The notes under the pieces were generated by a model. It was not told the origin of the DNA, did no database searches, and saw only the letters and a program-made list of their open reading frames with translations. Shown piece by piece: positions 20,853-29,864 of a DNA stretch of 64,000 nt. Within the stretch, counting starts at the first letter, position 1, and every line of letters begins with the position of its first letter. The stretch is from a bacterium (GTDB lineage Bacteria; Omnitrophota; Gorgyraeia; Zapsychrales; Zapsychraceae): the NCBI GenBank assembly GCA_030429765.1, contig JAUIER010000001.1:65014-129013 (forward strand), in the 5' to 3' direction. A program made the translations under genes and the position numbers.

Positions 20853-21760
20853 TGTCAAATCAAACCCCGCTGCGCGGACTGGGTGAATTCCAACTTATCC
20901 AAGAGATCACAAAATCATTGCCAACCGGTGGAAGTATTGTCGCGGCAGGAGATGACACGGCGGTATTGCCGTACACCAAAAACAAGTATCAGCTAATTAC
21001 CACGGACATGCTCATCGAGGGCGTACATTTTACGGCTGATACGCCCGCGACGAAGATCGGAGCCAAGGCGCTGAACGTCAACATCAGTGATATCGCGTCG
21101 ATGGGGGGGCGGCCAAAATTTGCGGTGGTGTCAATCGGTCTGCCGGCCGGCCAGACGCTGGGATATGTCAGGAAAATCTATCAGGGACTCAGACGATCGG
21201 CCGAGGCCTTTAATATCGGTATCGTCGGCGGCGATACCACGCGGTCTGCGCGGGTGGTGATCAATATCACACTCACCGGCGACGTGGACAAACGTCGGGT
21301 GATTCGCCGGGACGGGGCCAGGCCGGGCCATTTGATCTTTACAACCGGACGTCTGGGAGGATCATTGGCCAGTGGACGGCATTTGACCTTCAAACCGCGG
21401 CTGGCCGAAGCTCAATATTTAGTCCAGTCAATCCGGCCGAGCGCGATGATTGATTGTTCGGACGGACTGGCCGCTGATTTAGGACACATTCTCAAAGCCA
21501 GCGGCTGCGGGGCGGTCTTGTATGAGACGAAGATTCCATGCCACCGAAACGCGACCATAAAACAGGCCCTGGAAGACGGGGAAGATTTTGAACTCATCTT
21601 TACCGTACCGGGAAAGCGTGCGGCGCGATTAATGAATGAAAAACACGCCAGGTTTAAATTTTATCCGATCGGAGAGGTCACCGACGGCGGATATTGGTTG
21701 ATCAAAACGAATGATCAAAAAATTGCGTTAACCCCAACCGGATACAATCATTTTAAATAG
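20849..21760 (+). CDS. thiL: thiamine-monophosphate kinase
   Basis: AIR-synthase-related fold with GDDTAV motif. ATGA overlap with mtnA. Confidence 0.75.
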   Translation: MMSNQTPLRGLGEFQLIQEITKSLPTGGSIVAAGDDTAVLPYTKNKYQLITTDMLIEGVHFTADTPATKIGAKALNVNISDIASMGGRPKFAVVSIGLPAGQTLGYVRKIYQGLRRSAEAFNIGIVGGDTTRSARVVINITLTGDVDKRRVIRRDGARPGHLIFTTGRLGGSLASGRHLTFKPRLAEAQYLVQSIRPSAMIDCSDGLAADLGHILKASGCGAVLYETKIPCHRNATIKQALEDGEDFELIFTVPGKRAARLMNEKHARFKFYPIGEVTDGGYWLIKTNDQKIALTPTGYNHFK

Positions 21761-21761
21761 A

Positions 21762-22232
21762 ATGTCAGCATACATTAGTCAATCAGAAAAACAGACCCGT
21801 GCCGTGGCCACGCAGTTGGCTCAGGAATTGCGGCCAGGCGATATTATCAATCTGATAGGAGACCTTGGCGCCGGAAAGACCACGTTTGTGAAAGGTTTGG
21901 CCGCCGGTTTGAAAATCACTCCGGAAGCCGTCAGCAGTCCGACTTTTGTCCTGATGAATATTTATGAGACGAATCCGCCGATCTATCATTTTGATTTATA
22001 TCGTTTGGAAGGGACCGAAGATATGCGGCAAATGGGATTCGATGAATTTTTTTACGGTGAAGGCATCGCGGTGATCGAGTGGGCTGAGCGGCTGGGAGAG
22101 CTTATGCCGCCGGCGTATTTAAAGATTGAGATTGCTCATCAAGGTGAGTCCGAACGCGCCATCACCATCAGCGGGGTGGGAGAACGATTTGAACAGATCG
22201 CGGATCACATGCAGACATGGATGACGGCATGA
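21762..22232 (+). CDS. tsaE: tRNA t6A biosynthesis ATPase TsaE
   Basis: Walker A GDLGAGKTTFVKG. About 156 aa. Confidence 0.85.
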   Translation: MSAYISQSEKQTRAVATQLAQELRPGDIINLIGDLGAGKTTFVKGLAAGLKITPEAVSSPTFVLMNIYETNPPIYHFDLYRLEGTEDMRQMGFDEFFYGEGIAVIEWAERLGELMPPAYLKIEIAHQGESERAITISGVGERFEQIADHMQTWMTA

Positions 22233-22906
22233 ACATATTAGCCTTGGACACATCAACCGGCAATTTAAGTTTGGCTCTCGGGGCGGATGGAGAAATCCTG
22301 TCGACGGCGAACTATCCGTTACGTCGTGAGATGGCCAAGCGGATTCTTTCCTGTATCGATGAATTCCTGGCCCAATCAAATTTATCGGTGCGAGATATTC
22401 AGGGGATGGCCGTCGGGTTGGGGCCGGGATCGTTTACGAGTCTACGGATTGGTTTATCAACGGTGAAGGGATTGGTATTTGCAGATCGTAAACCGGTGGC
22501 CGGTGTTTGCAGCCTTGATGCGGTGGCACTGGCCGTCAAAGCAAGCCATGGTTCCGTATGTGTGCTGATGGATGCCAAGCGTTCGATGGTGTACAGCGCG
22601 ATGTATGACGTGTCTGACGGTGGTTTGCGGCGGACAGGCGGTTATCGATTGGCCGGTATTGATGCCGTCCTTCAATCCGTAGAGCAGCCGACCGTTTTTA
22701 TTGGGGATGCGGTGAATTTATTCGAAAACGAGATTAAGGCGACAGGCTACGCCGAGTCGATGATTTCTGATCCCAAGTCTGTCCGTCCGCAGGCCGGGGC
22801 GGTCTTGAAATTGTCATGGGATCAATTTGAACAAGACCTCACAGATTCGGCCTCGAGTCTGGTACCTATGTATCTGTATGAAGAAGATTGTCAGGTGCGC
22901 CGATGA
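22217..22906 (+). CDS. tsaB: tRNA t6A biosynthesis protein TsaB
   Basis: Inactive Kae1/YgjD paralogue fold with N-terminal motif ILALDTSTGNLSLAL. Overlaps tsaE. Confidence 0.8.
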   Translation: MDDGMNILALDTSTGNLSLALGADGEILSTANYPLRREMAKRILSCIDEFLAQSNLSVRDIQGMAVGLGPGSFTSLRIGLSTVKGLVFADRKPVAGVCSLDAVALAVKASHGSVCVLMDAKRSMVYSAMYDVSDGGLRRTGGYRLAGIDAVLQSVEQPTVFIGDAVNLFENEIKATGYAESMISDPKSVRPQAGAVLKLSWDQFEQDLTDSASSLVPMYLYEEDCQVRR

Positions 22907-24105
22907 ACGAAAAGAATTTTGATGTGGCATTACCCATGTTTTCAACCTGGTGTGATATTGACCTGGCCGCGATTACTCATAATCTGGAGCAGATCAAGAC
23001 CCTTGCCGCCAGAAATAAGTTTGTAATCCCCACGCGCGGCGAATACAAACCCGTGCATACAAGTTTGATGGGCATCCTGATGGTGATCAAGGCCGACGCG
23101 TATGGTCATGGCATGGTGGATATTGGGTTGCACCTCGATGAGTTGAATGTCGATATATTCGGCGTGTCTGATATTAATGAAGGAATGCTGCTGCGGGATC
23201 ACGGCATCAAACGTCCGATTCTTTTATTTGAAAGTACACTGCCGGAACACATCCCGTTTATCTGCGAGTATAATTTGACGCCGAGTGTTTGTTCCATTGA
23301 GTTTGCCCGGCAGCTTAATGACTGTGCCAAAACCATGGATAAGCTCATCAAGATTCACGTTGAGGTGGATACCGGAATGGGCCGGCTCGGTGTGTGGCAT
23401 GAAGACGCGCTGGATTTTGTCAAAGAGCTCAGCGGGTTTCGTCATCTGTTAACCGAGGGGATATTTACACATTTTCCCGTCGCTGATACAGATCGAAAAT
23501 TTACCGAAAATCAGATCCATCAATTATTTGAGCTGGTCTCGACACTCGACAAAAACGGATTTATTATCCCGTACGTCCATGCGTCGAACAGTATGGGATT
23601 GATCGGATACAAAACCAGTGTCCTGAATCTGTTTCGTCCGGGACTCATGCTGTATGGGCTCCATCCCAATCAGCATCATCAACCCAATCTTGATCTCAAA
23701 CCGGCATTGGCGGTGAAATCCAAAGTCATCTTTGTAAAGGAGATTACCCGGGGGAGAGGGATCAGTTATGGCCGGACATTTATCGCCAAGCGGAAGATGC
23801 GGGTCGCGACAATCCCGATCGGATACAATGACGGATACTTTCGTCAGCTCTCGAACAAAGCGGACGTGTTAATCAAAGGACAGCGTTGTCCGGTGATTGG
23901 AACGGTCACGATGGATCAGATCGTGGTGGATGTTTCCCATCTTGATGAGGTCACTATTGGTGAGTCTGTCACAGTCTTGGGGCGGGACCAGAATGAAGAG
24001 ATCAGCGCGGATGAATTAGCCGCGCACATTAAGTCGATTAATTATGAAGTGGTCTGCAATCTTGGAAATCGATTGCCGCGGGTGTACTCAGGTCAATTGA
24101 CGTAA
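22903..24105 (+). CDS. alr: alanine racemase
   Basis: PLP-binding lysine motif VIKADAYGHG. The ATG at 22903 overlaps the tsaB stop (ATGA). Confidence 0.85.
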   Translation: MNEKNFDVALPMFSTWCDIDLAAITHNLEQIKTLAARNKFVIPTRGEYKPVHTSLMGILMVIKADAYGHGMVDIGLHLDELNVDIFGVSDINEGMLLRDHGIKRPILLFESTLPEHIPFICEYNLTPSVCSIEFARQLNDCAKTMDKLIKIHVEVDTGMGRLGVWHEDALDFVKELSGFRHLLTEGIFTHFPVADTDRKFTENQIHQLFELVSTLDKNGFIIPYVHASNSMGLIGYKTSVLNLFRPGLMLYGLHPNQHHQPNLDLKPALAVKSKVIFVKEITRGRGISYGRTFIAKRKMRVATIPIGYNDGYFRQLSNKADVLIKGQRCPVIGTVTMDQIVVDVSHLDEVTIGESVTVLGRDQNEEISADELAAHIKSINYEVVCNLGNRLPRVYSGQLT

Positions 24106-25205
24106 CTGGTTTCGACGACAATATAACCGACGCAGAAAAACAGTCCGGGCGTCAACCAGGCTGACAAGGCCGGAGGCAGCAGGCCGCCTTTACCAAACGC
24201 CAAAGACACGGCGCTCAGGACATAGAACGCAAAGCTGATTCCGATCGCTATTCCCACCGACGTAAATGTCATCCCCTTCCGGCTTTTGGTCATTAACGCA
24301 AACGGCAATCCCAAAAATACAACAACGAAATTTCCGAATGGAAACGCGATCTTATGGTGAAGGTCCACGCGTAAATTATTCAGGGCCTTGGTGGCCCCGC
24401 TGTTCTTGAATCGATCGATGTATTCGTTGAGCTCACGGATATTCATCGCGGAGACCTTGATCCGCTGACGCATAAAGTCGTCGGGACCTTCCTTAATATC
24501 CATCAGTTTTTCTTTGTAAATTTTTACCTTCAAAGGTTCCGTGATGCCGCCCTCGCCGTAGGTGGTGACCTGACACTGAAAAAACTTCCAGGCAATCCCG
24601 GTCCATTTACCCTCAAGCGCGACGACCTTTTCTTTGATCGTGGCCTTGTTGTCATACTCGATGATCGTGATACCGAACAGCTCATTCTCATTGGGGTCCA
24701 TATTGTTGACATAGTACAGGCGGTTGTTCAGACCGTAAAATGTCACGTTCTTAATCTTTTCCTGCTTTTTACGCTTGCTGTCGACTTCCAGGATCAGGTT
24801 TTCATTCTCGATTTCCTTAGTGGTCTGGTAGGACTTGGGAACGTATTTTTCATTCATCCAGAAAACCAGCATCGAGACCATCAATCCGAAACACAATGCC
24901 GGGCGGGTGATCTGCCAGAAATTCAGTCCGCTGGAACGCATTACAATGATTTCGTTGCTGTTGTTGAGACTGCCGAAGGTGACAAGTACCGAGATCAGAC
25001 ACGCGATGGAGGAGGTCTGAACGAGGATCATCGGGATATACGCCAGATAGTAGCGCACGATGATATCGATGGAAACCTTACGGTCGATAAACTTGTCCAG
25101 GTTGCTGGTCACATCGATCAGGATGTACAGCAGTGAGAAAATGGCCACCATGAAGCAGAACATGGTGATGATATTTTTGGAAATATATTTATCTAAGAGA
25201 CGCAT
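24093..25205 (-). CDS. lptG: LPS export permease LptF/LptG family
   Basis: YjgP/YjgQ family topology: N-terminal TMs, periplasmic beta-jellyroll domain and C-terminal TMs. Paired with an adjacent paralogue. Confidence 0.75.
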   Translation of the reverse strand: MRLLDKYISKNIITMFCFMVAIFSLLYILIDVTSNLDKFIDRKVSIDIIVRYYLAYIPMILVQTSSIACLISVLVTFGSLNNSNEIIVMRSSGLNFWQITRPALCFGLMVSMLVFWMNEKYVPKSYQTTKEIENENLILEVDSKRKKQEKIKNVTFYGLNNRLYYVNNMDPNENELFGITIIEYDNKATIKEKVVALEGKWTGIAWKFFQCQVTTYGEGGITEPLKVKIYKEKLMDIKEGPDDFMRQRIKVSAMNIRELNEYIDRFKNSGATKALNNLRVDLHHKIAFPFGNFVVVFLGLPFALMTKSRKGMTFTSVGIAIGISFAFYVLSAVSLAFGKGGLLPPALSAWLTPGLFFCVGYIVVETSYVN

Positions 25206-26302
25206 TTATAATTTAAGACTCCTGCAAATAGCCCCACAATGAGGTTGGGGGCCCACATAATTAAGGCCGGTTCGACGACCTGTTTGGTCGCCAGGGCTTC
25301 CGCCCCCAGTGTTAAGAGATAGTAGAAGGCCGCGCACAGAACGGCCAGGACAATATTGGCCGACTTTTCCCGACGGTGGGTGATAACGGCCATGGGAAAT
25401 CCCAGAATGATGAAAAACAACGGAGCAAAGGACCAGGTGATCTTCCGGTGATATTCTGAACGGATCCGGGAGTCATCCACTAGCAGTTGCTCGAGCCGGG
25501 TCATTTCGTCCTTGAGTTCGCTTAGCGTCATACTCTTGGGTTTTTTACGGATCTTTTTATTGCCGCCGGAGACATCAAGTGTCACAAATAGGGTTTCAAA
25601 GTTGATCTTGTAGAAGGACGCGGAGCCATCCAAGGCGGGTTCGTCGCTGGTCCCGTCGATGAGTTTGAGCTTGATCTTGTCGGTCCCGGGAATCGGTGTG
25701 AACTCACCCTGTTTCGCGATAATAGTACGGGTAGGACCATCGTCTTGAGGCTGATAGATCGTAATATTAAAAAATTTGTTGCCGACAATTTTATGGATAA
25801 ATAATATTTGCCCCTCGAATGAATCAATGAACATACCCGATTCCAGCAGCGCGGTCGGGTTTTTGATCCCCAGCTGTTTGAGCAGCACACGCTGGCGATG
25901 GTGCGCGTAGGGGATAACGCGGTCATTGAGCAATAGTGACACCATACTGAGCAGTAATCCCAACACCACCAGGGGGATCAGGATCCGGCCGAGTGAAATG
26001 CCGCTCGCGCGGATCGCGATGATCTCATTGTCCACCGACATCCGGCTGAACCCGATGATCACACTGATCAAACAGGCGATTGGCAGGGTGTATCCGATGA
26101 GCACCGGAAAGTACAGCAAGAAAACCTCACCGATTGTGCCAAGTGAGACACCTTTGTTGATTACCAGATTGGCGAGTCGGACCAGATTTCCAAGTAAAAA
26201 AACACTGGTAAGAACAACCAGTGAAAGCAGAAAGGGAATGAAACATTCAACCAGGATATAATTTCTCAGAATTTTCATATATGAAAGCACGCGTTTAGGC
26301 AA
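25193..26302 (-). CDS. lptF: LPS export permease LptF/LptG family
   Basis: Second YjgP/YjgQ paralogue, overlapping the first gene. Typical lptFG pair. Confidence 0.75.
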   Translation of the reverse strand: MPKRVLSYMKILRNYILVECFIPFLLSLVVLTSVFLLGNLVRLANLVINKGVSLGTIGEVFLLYFPVLIGYTLPIACLISVIIGFSRMSVDNEIIAIRASGISLGRILIPLVVLGLLLSMVSLLLNDRVIPYAHHRQRVLLKQLGIKNPTALLESGMFIDSFEGQILFIHKIVGNKFFNITIYQPQDDGPTRTIIAKQGEFTPIPGTDKIKLKLIDGTSDEPALDGSASFYKINFETLFVTLDVSGGNKKIRKKPKSMTLSELKDEMTRLEQLLVDDSRIRSEYHRKITWSFAPLFFIILGFPMAVITHRREKSANIVLAVLCAAFYYLLTLGAEALATKQVVEPALIMWAPNLIVGLFAGVLNYKCVS

Positions 26303-27023
26303 TGGCCAACGTGAAAACGGCCACTGTTGATGCGTCGGTCTCTTCCTTAATAATGTGTGCGGCGGCGGAAGCTGTGGCGCCGGTCGTCAGCAGATCGTCG
26401 ATTAGCAGAATATTCTTCTGATTCAGCCGTTTAGAGGATTTTATTCTAAAAGCCCCCTCAATATTTGTCCAGCGTTCTTTTCGTGAAAGCGACGTCTGAG
26501 TCGGTGTATGACGCTTTCTTACAAGAACGTTCGACAAACAGCGAATGCGCAGACGTTTTTCCAGTTCGCGCGCGAGCAGTTCGGCCTGGTTATAACCGCG
26601 TTCACGTTGTCGCGTGGCCGATAAAGGGATGGGGATCAGCCCGTCAAACTGCTGGATGTCCAGCTGATAGCGTTGGAGATATGCGCACATCATCTCGGCC
26701 ATGATGAAGCGGTAATATATTTTCTGGTGATACTTGAACCGATGGATCATGCGACGCAGGTGATCATGATACGGAGCTGCGCCCCAGGCAAAATCAAAGT
26801 GCGGATGATACTTTCGGCAATTCAGGCATCTAGGATGTTCAACCGGGGCTGAGAGCGGACGGGAACAGGTCAGACAGAAAGGCGGCCGGGATAGAGGCAG
26901 GGCCTTCGCGCAGCTGTGACATACGCCGGTGTACACCGGATTGGTCACCGGATGATGGCGGCAAATTGTGCAGATAGGGGGATAAACCAGATCAAGGAGA
27001 CCGTCCATAAATGATCTGATCAT
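26295..27023 (-). CDS. comFC: ComF family protein (double zinc ribbon plus phosphoribosyltransferase domain)
   Basis: N-terminal Cys-rich zinc ribbon and C-terminal PRTase motif LLIDDLLTTGAT. Confidence 0.8.
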   Translation of the reverse strand: MIRSFMDGLLDLVYPPICTICRHHPVTNPVYTGVCHSCAKALPLSRPPFCLTCSRPLSAPVEHPRCLNCRKYHPHFDFAWGAAPYHDHLRRMIHRFKYHQKIYYRFIMAEMMCAYLQRYQLDIQQFDGLIPIPLSATRQRERGYNQAELLARELEKRLRIRCLSNVLVRKRHTPTQTSLSRKERWTNIEGAFRIKSSKRLNQKNILLIDDLLTTGATASAAAHIIKEETDASTVAVFTLAIA

Positions 27024-27135
27024 GTTGTCATCCTAGCATTTACGGTTCTATCTGTCAAACCGGCGACCGCGGATTCTGGGCTTGAATCGGTCCTCGGATA
27101 ACGTTATAATAACCAAAAATTAAGGAGGAGAACCC

Positions 27136-27444
27136 ATGCGAAAACTTATCATTTTTACCGTTCTGCTTATGTTGCTGTCGACCAGTGCCCATGCATTCTT
27201 GTACGAAATCAAACTCCTTACACCGCAGGAAATTGGGGAGCTAAGTGATGAAGAACTTGTTTCCGTTTACATGGAAGCCAAGATCGAGCAGACCACCAGT
27301 GCCGAGTTCCATGAAGGAGCCGGATTTTCGTCCGCCCAAGAGTACTACAAACGCAAAGACTTGCTGCGGTTTATCATCTATCTGCATCAGGAAATGCTCG
27401 AACGCGGCATTCAGGCTGATCCGATCGATGTCTGGCTGCGGTAG
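27136..27444 (+). CDS. hypothetical small secreted protein
   Basis: Signal peptide MRKLIIFTVLLMLLSTSAHA. GGAGGAG ribosome-binding site upstream. Confidence 0.5.
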   Translation: MRKLIIFTVLLMLLSTSAHAFLYEIKLLTPQEIGELSDEELVSVYMEAKIEQTTSAEFHEGAGFSSAQEYYKRKDLLRFIIYLHQEMLERGIQADPIDVWLR

Positions 27445-27483
27445 TCTAAAACTCAACGATCAACCCTCATACCAGAAAGTCCT

Positions 27484-28044
27484 ATGTTAACCAAAAGCAT
27501 ACAAGAAGAACGTCAGGATTTACTTGAACTAATCACCCGTGACGCTTATTTCCGTGAGAAGATTATTCTTTCGTCCGGAAAGGAAAGCGACTATTACATT
27601 GATGCCCGCTTGATCACCCTTAATCCGTTGGGCGCCTATTTGTGCGCGCGGCAGATTTTGATCAAGGTCGGAGATCAACCCATTGACGCCATCGGCGGCC
27701 CGACGCTGGGGGCTGATCCGATGATCGGCGCTGTGGGAGTCCTGAGCCTGCAGGCCGGCGCGCCGATCAACACATTCATCATCCGTAAAGAAGCCAAGGC
27801 CCACGGCAAAGGCAAGCAGATCGAAGGGCCGGCCCTCAAGGCCGGCGACAAGGTGGTGGTCATCGACGATGTGGCCACGACGGGAAAGGCCTTTATCCAT
27901 TCGCTGGATGTCCTGCAGAGCATGGATATCGAAGTGACACAGTGCATTTGTATTGTTGATCGGGAGGAAGGAGCGGCTGAAGCCGTCGCCGCTAAGGGTT
28001 CCCAATTGGTCTCCATATTCAAGGCTTCAGAAATTCACACGTAG
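27484..28044 (+). CDS. pyrE: orotate phosphoribosyltransferase
   Basis: PRTase motif VVVIDDVATTGKA. Size matches the short PyrE form. Confidence 0.8.
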   Translation: MLTKSIQEERQDLLELITRDAYFREKIILSSGKESDYYIDARLITLNPLGAYLCARQILIKVGDQPIDAIGGPTLGADPMIGAVGVLSLQAGAPINTFIIRKEAKAHGKGKQIEGPALKAGDKVVVIDDVATTGKAFIHSLDVLQSMDIEVTQCICIVDREEGAAEAVAAKGSQLVSIFKASEIHT

Positions 28045-28087
28045 GCTCCTACGTTATTTCAAACCACGTTTTCTTGTGACATAATTC

Positions 28088-29419
28088 ATGAAGAAAATTA
28101 TCCTCGCCTCTGGTTCGGCGCAACGAAAAAATCTTCTCAAAATGACCGGCGTGCCGTTTACCGTCTGCAAAAGCGGCTGTCCGGAAATTGAGGCAATCCA
28201 GACATCCTGCGCCAAATTAGTCAAAGACAACGCGTTGCTAAAAGCGCGCGATGTCGCCTCGCGCCATAAGTCGGGTGTGGTCATCGGTGCCGATACCGTT
28301 GTCTATACCGGGCAAAAAAATCTTGTCCTCAAACCCCGAGATCTCAAAGAAGCCAAAAAAAGTCTCAAATTATTAATGTCCCGTCCGCAATGGGTATACA
28401 CTGGTGTTGCGGTGATTGATATCGATCAAAAACGCGAGATGGTGGACTATGAAAAGACCAAGGTCTTTATGAGTCCGTTATCCGACCCTGAGATCGACCG
28501 TTATCATCAAAAGGTCCCGCCGTTTGACAAAGCCGGCGGTTTTGATATCGAAGGCGTGGGGAGCTTGTTTATTCATCGCATTGAGGGCTGTTATACCAAT
28601 GTGATCGGCCTGCCGATGGCCAAGCTCCGGGAAATGCTGAAGAAAGCGGGTGTGTCGCTGATCAGCCTTATGTGTTTGTTTTTGATAACCGGATGCACAA
28701 CGGAATATAATGTGGCGACCAATCAGCAGGAGTATTTTATTCACTCGACGGAAAAGGAAGTCAAATTAGGGGCCAGTGTCGCCAACAGTATCAACAAAAA
28801 ATATGATATGTATGGCGGTGTCGAAGAGAATCGACGCATTGAGGAAATCCTCGATCGTATCGTGGCTGTGTGCGACCGGAAGGATATTGTTTATTTTATC
28901 AAGATCATTGATCGCGATGATATCAACGCCTCAGCGCTGCCGGGCGGATATATTTACTTGTTCAAGGGGATTTTGGAGCATGCCGAGAACGACGATCAGA
29001 TCGCGGGTGTCATCGCGCATGAGGTGGCGCATATTACGGCCAAGCATGGCTTGAAGAGGTTGCAGGCGTCTTATGGGGCTTTGCTTCTGCAGATTGCCGC
29101 CGCGGAGACGCGCAGCAATGTCGGCGCCGGTGTGGATTTGGCCTTGGCCTCACTGTTCACGGAATATTCGCAGCAGGACGAACTGGAGGCGGATAAGCTC
29201 GGCGTCAAGTATATGGAGCTCGCCGGTTATGATCCCAATGAGATGATCAAGTTTTTGGAGATCATCAAAAAAGAAAATGATAAAAAGCCGTTACGGCAGT
29301 TTTCGTATTGGCGAACGCATCCGCATCTGCCGGAGCGGATCGCGAATGTAAATCAATTAATTCGAGGTGAGATGACTTACCGGGATTATATCCGGCTGAT
29401 CGATCGTGTGCATGAATAG
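28088..29419 (+). CDS. Maf-like nucleoside triphosphate pyrophosphatase domain fused in frame to an M48-family zinc metallopeptidase
   Basis: Residues 1-185 form a Maf domain (ILASGSAQRKNLL...VIGLPM). A perfect lipoprotein signal (MLKKAGVSLISLMCLFLITGC) starts at the internal ATG 28634. It is followed by an M48 peptidase with HEXXH motif HEVAHITAKHG. No stop codon separates the two parts. Confidence 0.65.
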   Translation: MKKIILASGSAQRKNLLKMTGVPFTVCKSGCPEIEAIQTSCAKLVKDNALLKARDVASRHKSGVVIGADTVVYTGQKNLVLKPRDLKEAKKSLKLLMSRPQWVYTGVAVIDIDQKREMVDYEKTKVFMSPLSDPEIDRYHQKVPPFDKAGGFDIEGVGSLFIHRIEGCYTNVIGLPMAKLREMLKKAGVSLISLMCLFLITGCTTEYNVATNQQEYFIHSTEKEVKLGASVANSINKKYDMYGGVEENRRIEEILDRIVAVCDRKDIVYFIKIIDRDDINASALPGGYIYLFKGILEHAENDDQIAGVIAHEVAHITAKHGLKRLQASYGALLLQIAAAETRSNVGAGVDLALASLFTEYSQQDELEADKLGVKYMELAGYDPNEMIKFLEIIKKENDKKPLRQFSYWRTHPHLPERIANVNQLIRGEMTYRDYIRLIDRVHE

Positions 29420-29861
29420 ATGGTTTTATAGTTTGGTTTTATTGCTTCTGATCGTGTCGACCGGATGCGGCGCGCAGTCTCTCAAGGGAGATCATGTCTG
29501 TTTTGACCGAGATTGTTTCGCTGTCGAGGTTGTCAGTCGTATGCCCGAGCGCACGCGGGGGCTGCAGCACAGAGAGTCTCTCTCCCCGCAATCCGGGATG
29601 TTGTTTGTATTTGAGCGGTCGTGGCCGTACACCTTCTGGATGAAAGATACGCTGATTCCGTTGGATATGATCTGGATGGATTATACCCGTAAGATCGTTC
29701 ATATTGAACACGATGTTCCGCCGTGCAAGGCTGATCCATGTCCGCATTACGGTTCCAGGAATAAGGCTCTATACGTGTTGGAACTCAATGCCGGTGAGGC
29801 CAGGCAGTTTGACTTGAATATCGGTGATGTCGCGAAGTTCCATTTGGATTTTGATCAATAG
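29406..29861 (+). CDS. DUF192 domain protein
   Basis: Signal or lipoprotein-like N-terminus and a conserved DUF192-like core (PLDMIWMD). Confidence 0.6.
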   Translation: MCMNRWFYSLVLLLLIVSTGCGAQSLKGDHVCFDRDCFAVEVVSRMPERTRGLQHRESLSPQSGMLFVFERSWPYTFWMKDTLIPLDMIWMDYTRKIVHIEHDVPPCKADPCPHYGSRNKALYVLELNAGEARQFDLNIGDVAKFHLDFDQ

Positions 29862-29864
29862 TCT

